Made by a program: the position numbers and the translations under genes. DNA of 64,000 nt, from contig JBBTED010000027.1 of the NCBI GenBank assembly GCA_038042445.1, forward strand, positions 42,470 to 106,469, in the 5' to 3' direction. Numbering within the stretch: the first letter of the stretch is position 1; every line of letters starts with the position of its first letter. The notes under the pieces were generated by a model. The model made no database searches, was not told where the DNA came from, and worked only from the letters and a program-made list of their open reading frames with translations. Source of the stretch: Candidatus Firestoneibacteriota bacterium (GTDB taxonomy: Bacteria; Oederibacteriota; D2-FULL-39-29; JBBTED01). Positions 39,201 to 48,914 of the stretch are shown here, piece after piece.

Positions 39201-40760
39201 TTATTTATTATTATAAGTTATACCTTCCCAATCATCAGTTCTAAATGGAGAAGCAGGCAATTTCTCTTTATTATATAGATTACAATCTGGATTATCTGCC
39301 CATGCATATCTAACTGCAACTGGCTTTGCCACATTTTCATTTGATACAACAATAGTATTACCATCAATTACTGCTTTAGCCCACAAGAATTTTTTATCTT
39401 CTCCAGCTATAGCAAATCCAACTAACTCTGCAGAATTTTGTACTCCCAAACCACTACCTATGTGGTCAAAATAAAGACGTATTTTATTTTCTTCAATTTT
39501 CATAGATTTGTAAATAGGACCTGAATAAACTATATCTTTTTTACCATATACTTTTGCCAAAGCAGGCAAAGCAAGTCGCATACCAACATCCTGTTTATTC
39601 TTTGGATGTATATCTGTTGTATCTCCAATATCAATTATTACAGCCATTGCTGTATTTGGAATAGACAATGTCATCAATTGAGCTTCACGCAATTCTGCCC
39701 ATGCACTTTGAGCAGGTTCTGTTTTTTTGGGCATAAAATTTGCAAGCTGAACAAATAAAAATGGGAAATCATCATCCCATGCTTTTCGCCAACCTTCTAT
39801 CATTGCTGGAAATAATTTTCTGTATTGATAAGCACGATTAGCATTTGATTCGCCCTGATACCATATCACTCCTTTTATTGCAAAAGAAGTGATTGGCGAA
39901 ATCATAGCATTATATAATATTGTTGGAGCAGAAGGAAACCTAAATGGATTAACAGGCTTAGGTGGAATAATTTTGCCTGTATTTTCTGGTTCTTTTATTT
40001 TGCTTAATTCTTCCCATTCTTTCAATTTTCTCTCATACTCATCTATTTTCTTTTTATTTTCCCCATTATTTTCCTGAATAATAAATTGCTCTAATTTATC
40101 AAAGATAGGTTTTAAATCTGTATTATTTTCAAAAGTTTCATTGCTTGTCCACGGATCAGCAGGAGTCCCTGGCCAGGCACTAGCAATCAAACCTACAGGC
40201 GTATTTAATTTTGTATGAAGATACCTACCAAAAAAATATGAAACAGCAGAAAACCACTTAACAGTTTGTGGAGAACATTCAACCCAACTGCCTTCAACAT
40301 TATCTAAAGGTTTAAGTGAAGAATTATTTTTAACACCAAATAATCTAATCATAGGATAATTAGCATTACTGATTTCCTCACTTGCATTCATTACATTTCC
40401 AACTGCTATCGACATATTAGATTGTCCTGAACCAAGCCATACTTCACCTATAAGAATATTTTTAATAGTAATTGTATCTTTCTCTCCTTCAACATTCATT
40501 TGATATGGGCCACCTGCTTTAACTGGAGCAAGTTTCACCATCCATTTACCATTTTCATCTGCAGTTTCACTAACTTTCTGATTTTCAATAATTATAGTAA
40601 TTTTTTCCTTTGAGTCAGCAGTCCCCCAAATTTTTATTGTTTTGTCAGCCTGCAAAACCATATTATCGCTTAATATTGCAGGAAGTTTTACTTTGGCATT
40701 TAAAAACGGAATATTTAAAATCAATACTAAAAATACAAAAAATACAGTCGTCATACACAC
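39201..40760 (-). CDS. Sialate O-acetylesterase family (SGNH), secreted
   Basis: GEVWLGSGQSNM, WYQGESN, DIHP, VRYAW, PASPFRTD. Confidence 0.92.
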   Translation of the reverse strand: MCMTTVFFVFLVLILNIPFLNAKVKLPAILSDNMVLQADKTIKIWGTADSKEKITIIIENQKVSETADENGKWMVKLAPVKAGGPYQMNVEGEKDTITIKNILIGEVWLGSGQSNMSIAVGNVMNASEEISNANYPMIRLFGVKNNSSLKPLDNVEGSWVECSPQTVKWFSAVSYFFGRYLHTKLNTPVGLIASAWPGTPADPWTSNETFENNTDLKPIFDKLEQFIIQENNGENKKKIDEYERKLKEWEELSKIKEPENTGKIIPPKPVNPFRFPSAPTILYNAMISPITSFAIKGVIWYQGESNANRAYQYRKLFPAMIEGWRKAWDDDFPFLFVQLANFMPKKTEPAQSAWAELREAQLMTLSIPNTAMAVIIDIGDTTDIHPKNKQDVGMRLALPALAKVYGKKDIVYSGPIYKSMKIEENKIRLYFDHIGSGLGVQNSAELVGFAIAGEDKKFLWAKAVIDGNTIVVSNENVAKPVAVRYAWADNPDCNLYNKEKLPASPFRTDDWEGITYNNK

Positions 40761-40766
40761 CTCCTA

Positions 40767-42071
40767 TTACTGATTGAAATAAAATGCATATAGATACAAA
40801 GAAACTACAGTGAATAAATAATTAGTTTCACCGCCATAAGTTTTTTTTAAGTCTACAATATTTATCATATCCCATACATAAGGAACATATTTTTTAATCA
40901 TTTCCTTATGTTCACTTAACATTACCATATGAAAACCACCTAACGGAAATCTGATATGTGATAAACTTGCTGCTGATGCAATTTTCCAATCAGCCATATC
41001 TAAAAATGAAGGCTGAAATTTCTTCCATGCGATTTCACAACCTTGTAGTGAAGTCCCTTCCCAATTGCACGCTTGAGCAACTTTCTCTGTAGGGAATTTT
41101 ATCAAATCTTCAAACCACTTTCCCGGAAACTCCCTTTCTAATTGTAGATCTGTGGACTTCTCAAGAAGGTCATAAATAATTTTCTTTCTTTCAGGATTAT
41201 TCTCAAATTGATAAAAAGCATTTAACCGGAAACAATTCTGATTTGCATATATAGGATGGACATTTATTTGGATATGTGGGCCTGGCTCTAAAAGTTTCCA
41301 ACGACGAGAATCTTCTTCTGTGCCATATTTCTCATATAATTCAAGCCAATGATTATTTCCTGTTCCTTTATAAAGTGCCAATAGAATTGGTAGTAAAATA
41401 GAAGCATGTTCTGGCACAAAACCTGTCCATGCAAAACCAACATGTGATTGCGTTTTGCCATCTGCCTGCTTTATTGACCACCCATACTTTTCAAGTCTTT
41501 CTCCCACTTCCTGTAAAGATTTCTTTATGAACTCTTTTTCTTCCTTATCTGCTATAGAAGAATTAGCATAAAGTGCAAGACTTATTATATACGTAGTATG
41601 CTGATCCATAGAAGAATCATCATAACAAGCAGTTTTATCATTAGGATGTGGACCACGTGGAACAAGACCTGGAACTGGTGACACTGAATAAATAAACTTT
41701 AATGCTTTAAACAATTTTTTACAATTTTCATACAAAAAAGGATCCTGTCTGACATTATATGCATTTATCAAAGCTCCTAATAAATGTCCACAATGCAAAG
41801 CAGTATCTTCAATATGAGAGCCATAACCCCAGGGAGCAGGTTTTTTAGCTTTCACATCTTCCGGAGATGTCCAACTATCTTTCTCTTTTAAACGTGCACC
41901 GTAGCATACATAAGTTTCAGGATCTTGATAATCATTAAAATAAGTTTTAGCTATAGAAAAACTTTTAGTAATTACATCTTCTTTTGTAAGTGCAGAAAAT
42001 TTCTTGTAATTCTCTTCTGCTTTCACACTACAACAAATTAGCAATATACTGATAAATATTATTCCTCTCAT
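40767..42071 (-). CDS. Secreted hypothetical protein (possible alpha/alpha-barrel carbohydrate enzyme)
   Basis: Signal peptide; GYGSHIED, PGLVPRG, SSMDQH; no confident family. Confidence 0.5.
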   Translation of the reverse strand: MRGIIFISILLICCSVKAEENYKKFSALTKEDVITKSFSIAKTYFNDYQDPETYVCYGARLKEKDSWTSPEDVKAKKPAPWGYGSHIEDTALHCGHLLGALINAYNVRQDPFLYENCKKLFKALKFIYSVSPVPGLVPRGPHPNDKTACYDDSSMDQHTTYIISLALYANSSIADKEEKEFIKKSLQEVGERLEKYGWSIKQADGKTQSHVGFAWTGFVPEHASILLPILLALYKGTGNNHWLELYEKYGTEEDSRRWKLLEPGPHIQINVHPIYANQNCFRLNAFYQFENNPERKKIIYDLLEKSTDLQLEREFPGKWFEDLIKFPTEKVAQACNWEGTSLQGCEIAWKKFQPSFLDMADWKIASAASLSHIRFPLGGFHMVMLSEHKEMIKKYVPYVWDMINIVDLKKTYGGETNYLFTVVSLYLYAFYFNQ

Positions 42072-42113
42072 CCTAACCCCCTCTATCTCCCCCTTATCAG
42101 GGAGAGAAAAGAT

Positions 42114-42662
42114 TTAGTCAATTTGCATAAATACAATATTGTCAATCCATATTGTTTTTCCCGACATATTTTCGCCACCTGCTAAAAGAATTACCCTGCA
42201 TCCTTCAGATGGAGCATCATCTGTTGCAACAAACTCTTTTTCAAACTTTTGCCATTTCGTAGTAACAGATATCTTCGTCTCACCATATTTACCACCATCT
42301 ATTCTTTTCCAAGGTAAAACTGCTTGAAGTGTAATTTGCTGCACCTCTAAATCGTCAGAACCACGTAACCACATTTGAAGTTTGTATTTTTTGTCTTTTT
42401 TTATATCATTCACTATCACATATACTTGACGACCATCAGATCTTAAACTAACAGAAATAATATCTACTTTTATACAACCCCCATTGTCTTCAGCACCACC
42501 TGTTGCCTGAAAATTAGATTCTATGTTCATTTCTATTGGCTTATTGTCTGAGTAACAAATAAGTGATTTTTTATCTTTTTCCTCATTAAATAACCATTCT
42601 TCTGCCCCTGCAATACCACGCGAAAAACAAAAAACTAATAACAAAATTAATATTTTTATCAT
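42114..42662 (-). CDS. Secreted carbohydrate-binding-module-like protein
   Basis: Signal peptide after AGGAGG RBS; Y.L..W.RG, T.KWQKF..EF, IWIDNI jelly-roll pattern. Confidence 0.65.
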   Translation of the reverse strand: MIKILILLLVFCFSRGIAGAEEWLFNEEKDKKSLICYSDNKPIEMNIESNFQATGGAEDNGGCIKVDIISVSLRSDGRQVYVIVNDIKKDKKYKLQMWLRGSDDLEVQQITLQAVLPWKRIDGGKYGETKISVTTKWQKFEKEFVATDDAPSEGCRVILLAGGENMSGKTIWIDNIVFMQID

Positions 42663-42673
42663 ACCCCCTCCTT

Positions 42674-44614
42674 TTATTTGTTTTTTTGGTATATCCATAA
42701 CCCTGAATAGCCAGTACATATATAGAAATAATTATTCTTATATATCACTTTTTTATAAATATTAATATCTTTTATTCCGGGAATTTCAACTTCTTCAAGA
42801 AATTCCGGAGTTGAAGGATTTTCTAAATTTATAACAATAACAGAATCATCAGTAGTGATATATCCTTTTGAACCATCAATGAAAATTTTATATAGTTTCT
42901 TGCCTAATGGTGGCTTTAATTCAGACACTTTTTGCAAAGATAAAGGATTTTCAAAATTATATGTAATTATTTGCCCAAGCCAACCTGTTGTTGCATATAA
43001 ATATTTATCTTTAAAAGCTGCTCCTTCATAAACAGATGAAGAATTCTTTTCAGTTTTATAAATTACATCCATTTTATGTCCCCTCTCATTTTTCTCTAAT
43101 TTTAAAATATTTATAGCCCAACTATTTACAGCAACTGCATAAGTATCATCATATATAGTATCAGCAACTTGATGTAAAAAATGTTCCAATTTTGTATCAC
43201 TACCTGCAAGTTTGGGATTTTTTAAATCAGTTATATCAATATAATTTGCATCTCCCCAACCACTTGTCCTTGCTATAAGTTTATCCTTTGCCACCAAATA
43301 TAAATCTGTTATGAGCTTATCTATACCTACATTTCCAATTACTTTTGGATTTTCCTTGTTTTCAATATCAACAACCTTTAGTCCTTTGGAACCACACGAA
43401 ACATAAGCAACATTATCTTGCACTACTACATCATATACCACTCCTATATCTTTTATTTTCCCAATACATTCTCCAGGATTTTTAATTGACAAAATTTCCA
43501 ATCCTTCTGTTCCAACAGCCACATAAATATAATTCTCATCAAGAAAACAAGACCTTATCTGACCTTTTGAAACATATTTAATTATGTTTTCAGATTTGAT
43601 AACACCTATTTCTCTTTTATTAGTAATTCTTGGCTGAACACCTGCTTCTACATATTGTTCACCTGCTAACTGCTCTGCTAAAATTAATTGCACACCTTTG
43701 TCATAATCTGCAACTAATACAATATCTTTTTTTATTGCAAGATTATGCGCATATCCTGGTGTATCAATTGAAGTTATTAATTTTAGTTTGTCTGGTTGTG
43801 TAATATCAAAAATAAATAATCCATTATCTCCATCAACTAAAAATAAATTATTTCCACTTATTCCTACTTCCCAACAATCAGGACCTACCCTGTAATATTC
43901 TGGCGTTTTATATGAATCAACTACTTTAGCATTTTGAGGATCCGAAATATCCACTACACAAACTCCATGTCCTTTATGCCCTGTTGCTACATACGCATAA
44001 TTATCTTTTATAACAACTCCCCAAGCATTTCCCTGAACTCCTACAGATTTATTTTTTTTTGGGTTTGCAGGATTAGAAATATCAATTATTGTTAATGCTT
44101 TCAAATAATGTTCTCCAACATAAGCATAATTATCTTTTGATGCTACTCCTTGTGCTTCTGCTGTTTTTATTTTGCTAATATATTCTGGTTTTTCTGGATT
44201 GGAAATATCAATTAGTTCAAGACCAAACATTCTGTTACAGCAAAGAAGAATATTCCCATTTATTCCAAGTCCTGTAGCTTGTTCAATAGTATCATAAGTG
44301 GTTATGTATTGGGGTTTTGAAGGTTCATTTATTTTGTAAACGTGAATACCACCTAATCTTGCAGCAATAAATGCATAATCACCTTTTAATTCAATATCAT
44401 ATCCTACACCATCGATCTTTGCCCTACCTAAAATTTTTGGGTTTTTAGCATCTGTAATATCAGCAGTAACAAATTCACTTTGCCCTACTATATAGGCAAT
44501 ATTTTCTTTAACTGCTACAGAACGAGCAGATGGAACTGGTATATTGGACAAAATTGAAACCTGTTCTCCACTACCATTCACAGCAAATAAAAGCATAAAC
44601 ATAAAATCAATCAA
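42674..44614 (-). CDS. LVIVD-repeat beta-propeller protein
   Basis: Repeated YAYV....GL.IIDISNP..P units. Confidence 0.88.
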   Translation of the reverse strand: MIDFMFMLLFAVNGSGEQVSILSNIPVPSARSVAVKENIAYIVGQSEFVTADITDAKNPKILGRAKIDGVGYDIELKGDYAFIAARLGGIHVYKINEPSKPQYITTYDTIEQATGLGINGNILLCCNRMFGLELIDISNPEKPEYISKIKTAEAQGVASKDNYAYVGEHYLKALTIIDISNPANPKKNKSVGVQGNAWGVVIKDNYAYVATGHKGHGVCVVDISDPQNAKVVDSYKTPEYYRVGPDCWEVGISGNNLFLVDGDNGLFIFDITQPDKLKLITSIDTPGYAHNLAIKKDIVLVADYDKGVQLILAEQLAGEQYVEAGVQPRITNKREIGVIKSENIIKYVSKGQIRSCFLDENYIYVAVGTEGLEILSIKNPGECIGKIKDIGVVYDVVVQDNVAYVSCGSKGLKVVDIENKENPKVIGNVGIDKLITDLYLVAKDKLIARTSGWGDANYIDITDLKNPKLAGSDTKLEHFLHQVADTIYDDTYAVAVNSWAINILKLEKNERGHKMDVIYKTEKNSSSVYEGAAFKDKYLYATTGWLGQIITYNFENPLSLQKVSELKPPLGKKLYKIFIDGSKGYITTDDSVIVINLENPSTPEFLEEVEIPGIKDINIYKKVIYKNNYFYICTGYSGLWIYQKNK

Positions 44615-44697
44615 GTTTGATCTCCTACCGATTTTTTAGACACATAATTAGTTTATCATTCTAGTTCCCAAAACTCCACAAGAGAATTTATAGAATT

Positions 44698-47600
44698 TTA
44701 TAATTTTTCTCCAGTAATTGCCAATATTATCGGAACAAGTTGGGTATTGAATGATATAATATCTATTGTTTCTACTATTTTTTCAGGATTTGGATTTCTC
44801 CATTCATAAATATATAATCCTCTGTCTTTACTGTTTTTCCATCCTACACGAACTTTATCATTTAAATCTTTTGGATTCCACCAATCTGCTATTTGTGCAT
44901 TTTCTGGATTCATACTATCTGAATAAATATCCTGTTCTATCTTTGTTTTATCAGAATAATGGATTATATATTTGTGCGAACTTTCTCTTTGCCCTCCTGT
45001 CCATGCACTTACATGAAGAAAAAATAATCTCTTTGCCTGTTTGTTTACTGATATACCCTCAACCTTCTCTATGCCACCTTTCATTGATTTTGAACTCATC
45101 ACTATGCAAGATGTATCTCTATTGAAATCAGGTCTAATTATATCATAAGGCACATTTAATAACGTTTGTATTCCATAGTCCATTTCTTCTAAACTATTTT
45201 GTCTGCCCTGATCCGTCCAACCGCCTTCTCCATCTCCTTCAACCCTATCCACAAAATCTCTGTTCGTCCATTTCCGTATATCCACTGTCCAACAATTATT
45301 AGGATTAACTTCAAAGTTTCGTTTCTTTTCTCCCTCTGTCTCATCTTTTTTTTGTTTTTCCTCTTTGTTCCTTTCCACTATTGCTATTTTTTCATACTCT
45401 TTCGGTATCAAATTTTGCATAACTTCATTAAGTTTTGTTTTATTCCATGGGTTTTTGGAAAATACTATTAATACTCTATTTTGCGGCTGGAGTATTGTCC
45501 ATATACCTTCTTGTAACTCTTTACTACTCCATTGCTTTTTACCACTTGGACTTATGTCCAATTTGCCTTCTAATGGTTCATACACATAGACACTATCTTT
45601 AATGAAATCACTTGGAATTATTACTTTGCCTAACTTTGTATACAAATCCCAATTCCATAGAAATACTGCTTTTGTATCTCCCCTATCTATTAATACCATT
45701 TCTACATTTGGCACTAACTTACTTTCTTTATCTACCACCTGAACTGGTATATTGATTTTTTCTTTTTCTAATATACTTACAATTATTGACATTAAATGAT
45801 AGTCTCTAAATAATCCTCCTATATAATAAATTTTGCCTTTGCCATATTCCTTCATCGTAATAACTGGTTTGTCTTCTACACTACCTATTATTTCTGCTGT
45901 TTGAACTTCTACATCTCTGTTTAATAATCCACGTATTTTCCCTTTGAGTAAATTCGTCTGCGGGAAATGTAATGTTATTTCTCCTATTTTGGATTGTTTG
46001 CTTATAGCACTTTCCACTCCTGCCCAATTCTTATTCTCTAATTTATTCCCGTATTCATCGTATGCTATTGTATCCAACCCTAATATCAAAATTCCGCCGT
46101 CTTGAACAAACTTATCAAGATTTTCTTTCACTTTCGGCTCTACATAATTTATACCACCTGCAACTATTACTTTGTATTTCTTTTGTGCATTCTCATCTCG
46201 TATCTGCTCTTCAAGTATTGTATCAAAAGGATAATGACTATATTCTAATGCAGCATAATAATTCATCATTTCTTCAGACATTGTTGGCTCTTTTGAAATA
46301 TACGCAAATCTACGAGATGAGTACGAATGCAAATATGCTATTTCAGATTTTATTCCTTTGGGTCTTGGCACTACTATATCATCTACTAATAACATTTCCT
46401 TTTTGAAATCTAAAATTCCAGGTAATGATGAAGTAGGATATCCATAAGGATTTAATATTAAATATGGAAAACGTTTAGCAAGTGCTATTCCACCTTCTTG
46501 TGTATTTGGTTTCCAATCCCAAGCTCTTCTTGTCCACACAAAAAGATAACCTGCATTTTCTCCGCGCATCATAACATTCCAAAATGCATTCTTCATTCCT
46601 TCTCGTGTTGGTTGTGGATATGCCATCTCCCCATCTACTATTGGTTTATCTGGAGCAATACTTCGCAATATACTCATTGTTATGCTGCTTTTTACTGCTT
46701 CTAAATTTTGAATAGATGTATCAATAAGTTCTTTTGTTGGTTTTTTTGAACCTATTCCATAACCCTTTCCTCCTGCAGATGTAGGAGCTTGTATTGTATT
46801 GAAAATTTTATTTAGCTTGTAATAATTATATGATGACGTATGTGGATCTGCTGCTACATTACCCATTGGCTGACAAGTAATTTGCACATTTTTTCGTGTA
46901 TCAATTGCTTTTATTGTTTCTATTCCTTCTTTGTTTATTTGGACAAATCTATCCTCTAAAAATTTTGCGTAATCTACATATAAACCTATATTTCCAATTT
47001 TACTTTTAAATTGAGCAACTTCTTCATAAGATGAATATTTTGTATTCCATATTTTATTTAATTCTTCTATATTTTTATATTTCGTTTCCAACCAGACTGC
47101 AAAATTCTTACGATTCTCATCACATTCACAAAAATATGATGGCTCATTAAATAATTCGTAAAAAAGTGGATTTCCATCGTTTTCTACAACTTTTTTTGTC
47201 CCGTATGCCCAATAAGTTTTATATAGTTTCATTCCATCTTCATTATCTGGATCAAATAGCAACCAATGTTGTTTTAAATTTGGGTCTGATTTGGCTTTTT
47301 CAGGTATTAATTTAGTATTTGCTAATTGTCCACCTGCCCAGGGAAACATTGTAAAATCTACATAAATAGGTAATTTTATCTCTTTTATAAATCTATCATG
47401 TCGGGATTCATTGCTTTTATCATCTAATGTCCTTATATTAGAACTATATTTTTCTTGAACCCATCCATTTGAAGAGAAAAAACCTAATGTGTCAAATCCT
47501 AATTTTTGTGCTTCTTCATATCCCATAATTTTTTCATATATCCATTTGTATTTTTGGGCATATCCAGGTGTAGTTATTTTCTCTGATGTCGCTGTATTAA

Positions 47601-48441
47601 AATCTCCTTCTGCTAATTCTGTCCCTATAAGAAATCTTGGTTTGCCTGAAACAATATAATTAGGTCCTTCTATTTTTATTTCTTCAGGCATAAGAATACT
47701 TTTATCCAAATCATTAAATTCAGAAAAATACACATCTTCTTCTACTTTATCTTGTATATTTTTCACCTCTTGCTTGGCAGGAGAAATTTTTACATCAGTA
47801 ATATAAAAACCAGATTGTGGAGTAGAACTGCCGTAAAATTGGAAAGATATACTTATAATACCTATAATTTCATCAATATTAACTTTGTCTAAATATAGCT
47901 TTATAGGAATGTTTACTTCCTGCCATGTATCAGAATCATTATCTATAGTTTTCCCATCTAAATATTCTTTTATTAGTATATATCTGGACACTTCTCCTGC
48001 TTTTGGTATCCATTTAGTATTATCACGTTTTAAAAATCCCAAAAGAACTTGTATATCTTGGCTTCCCTGAAAACGTCCTAATATATCTTTACCACCATTT
48101 ATATAAAAACTCAAAATCCCATCTTCTAAATAAGATTTTTTAATCATTATCGCATTTGAAAACTCTTTAGTATCTTTATCAGAAAAAGTTGCACCGCTCC
48201 ATGGTTTACCAGTATTAGGATCTATATCTATCTGTATAGACAAAGCTTTCCCTTCTTTTACTATTTCCATGTTTTCAGTTACAATAGTTCCCCACCATTT
48301 TGAAACTGAAATTTCCCAACCAGAAGCAAGCCCTGTTTTCCCAGAAATAATATCTATTTGTTCCTGAGCTGAGATATTCCCCACTATAAATAAAACAAAA
48401 ATAACCAGCATTTTCACTGCTACTTTTATTTTTTTAATCAT
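44698..48441 (-). CDS. Large secreted GH42-like beta-galactosidase with trimerisation domain
   Basis: Signal peptide; LFNEP acid/base, KY.NIEELN..WNT.Y, KPIVDGE, FVQDGG.L. Confidence 0.75.
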   Translation of the reverse strand: MIKKIKVAVKMLVIFVLFIVGNISAQEQIDIISGKTGLASGWEISVSKWWGTIVTENMEIVKEGKALSIQIDIDPNTGKPWSGATFSDKDTKEFSNAIMIKKSYLEDGILSFYINGGKDILGRFQGSQDIQVLLGFLKRDNTKWIPKAGEVSRYILIKEYLDGKTIDNDSDTWQEVNIPIKLYLDKVNIDEIIGIISISFQFYGSSTPQSGFYITDVKISPAKQEVKNIQDKVEEDVYFSEFNDLDKSILMPEEIKIEGPNYIVSGKPRFLIGTELAEGDFNTATSEKITTPGYAQKYKWIYEKIMGYEEAQKLGFDTLGFFSSNGWVQEKYSSNIRTLDDKSNESRHDRFIKEIKLPIYVDFTMFPWAGGQLANTKLIPEKAKSDPNLKQHWLLFDPDNEDGMKLYKTYWAYGTKKVVENDGNPLFYELFNEPSYFCECDENRKNFAVWLETKYKNIEELNKIWNTKYSSYEEVAQFKSKIGNIGLYVDYAKFLEDRFVQINKEGIETIKAIDTRKNVQITCQPMGNVAADPHTSSYNYYKLNKIFNTIQAPTSAGGKGYGIGSKKPTKELIDTSIQNLEAVKSSITMSILRSIAPDKPIVDGEMAYPQPTREGMKNAFWNVMMRGENAGYLFVWTRRAWDWKPNTQEGGIALAKRFPYLILNPYGYPTSSLPGILDFKKEMLLVDDIVVPRPKGIKSEIAYLHSYSSRRFAYISKEPTMSEEMMNYYAALEYSHYPFDTILEEQIRDENAQKKYKVIVAGGINYVEPKVKENLDKFVQDGGILILGLDTIAYDEYGNKLENKNWAGVESAISKQSKIGEITLHFPQTNLLKGKIRGLLNRDVEVQTAEIIGSVEDKPVITMKEYGKGKIYYIGGLFRDYHLMSIIVSILEKEKINIPVQVVDKESKLVPNVEMVLIDRGDTKAVFLWNWDLYTKLGKVIIPSDFIKDSVYVYEPLEGKLDISPSGKKQWSSKELQEGIWTILQPQNRVLIVFSKNPWNKTKLNEVMQNLIPKEYEKIAIVERNKEEKQKKDETEGEKKRNFEVNPNNCWTVDIRKWTNRDFVDRVEGDGEGGWTDQGRQNSLEEMDYGIQTLLNVPYDIIRPDFNRDTSCIVMSSKSMKGGIEKVEGISVNKQAKRLFFLHVSAWTGGQRESSHKYIIHYSDKTKIEQDIYSDSMNPENAQIADWWNPKDLNDKVRVGWKNSKDRGLYIYEWRNPNPEKIVETIDIISFNTQLVPIILAITGEKL

Positions 48442-48547
48442 ATAGCTCCCTAATTATTAACAATGGTAATAATTTTCTGTTTATTATTTGTATTGTAATA
48501 GATTAGCTATTTAAAGTAAATTCTTAATTACCTACAGCGCACAATTC

Positions 48548-48602
48548 AGACAGTAGACTACAGACTAAAATCTATTAGTCTAATGTCTATCGTCTTAAGT
48601 CT
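48548..48602. repeat. 7-bp-period inverted repeat (AGACnnn x3 / GTCTnnn x4)
   Basis: agac at 48548, 48555, 48562; gtct at 48578, 48585, 48592, 48599. Confidence 0.55.
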
Positions 48603-48664
48603 ATTTTTACTTTATCACTGATATTTTGCCTAATATAAGTATGCTATATTTATGGAAATTAGCA

Positions 48665-48742
48665 AGGCAATGAACTTGCTATTTAGGGGTGTATTTTGCT
48701 AATAAGTGGACTATTTTGCTATACAGGTGGACAATCTTGCTA
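48665..48742 (-). promoter_or_regulatory. Four tandem TAGCAA direct repeats, putative AraC-type binding sites
   Basis: ttgcta at 48676, 48696, 48716, 48737 (period 20, 20, 21); minus strand reads TAGCAAgattGTCCAC, TAGCAAaataGTCCAC, etc. Confidence 0.65.
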
Positions 48743-48828
48743 TTTAGTTTGATGAAAACTATTTAAAATAGTTTAGCCGTTGTAAAAACCGTTAAAAAAG
48801 ATAATCAAAATAGCTATATAATGTTTAT

Positions 48829-48878
48829 GTAGTTGCCGATTCATCGGCAAAAAATCAGCTGATAAATCAGCAACTACA
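48829..48878. repeat. GTAG-type REP doublet
   Basis: gtagttgccgattcatcggcaa ... gctgataaatcagcaactac. Confidence 0.75.
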
Positions 48879-48914
48879 AATTAAAATATATTTAAAATAC
48901 AAATACTTAAAAAT

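Noticed and set aside
48665..48742. Possible CRISPR array or iterons
   Set aside because: The period is only 20-21 bp, there are no unique spacers, and no cas or rep gene is present.
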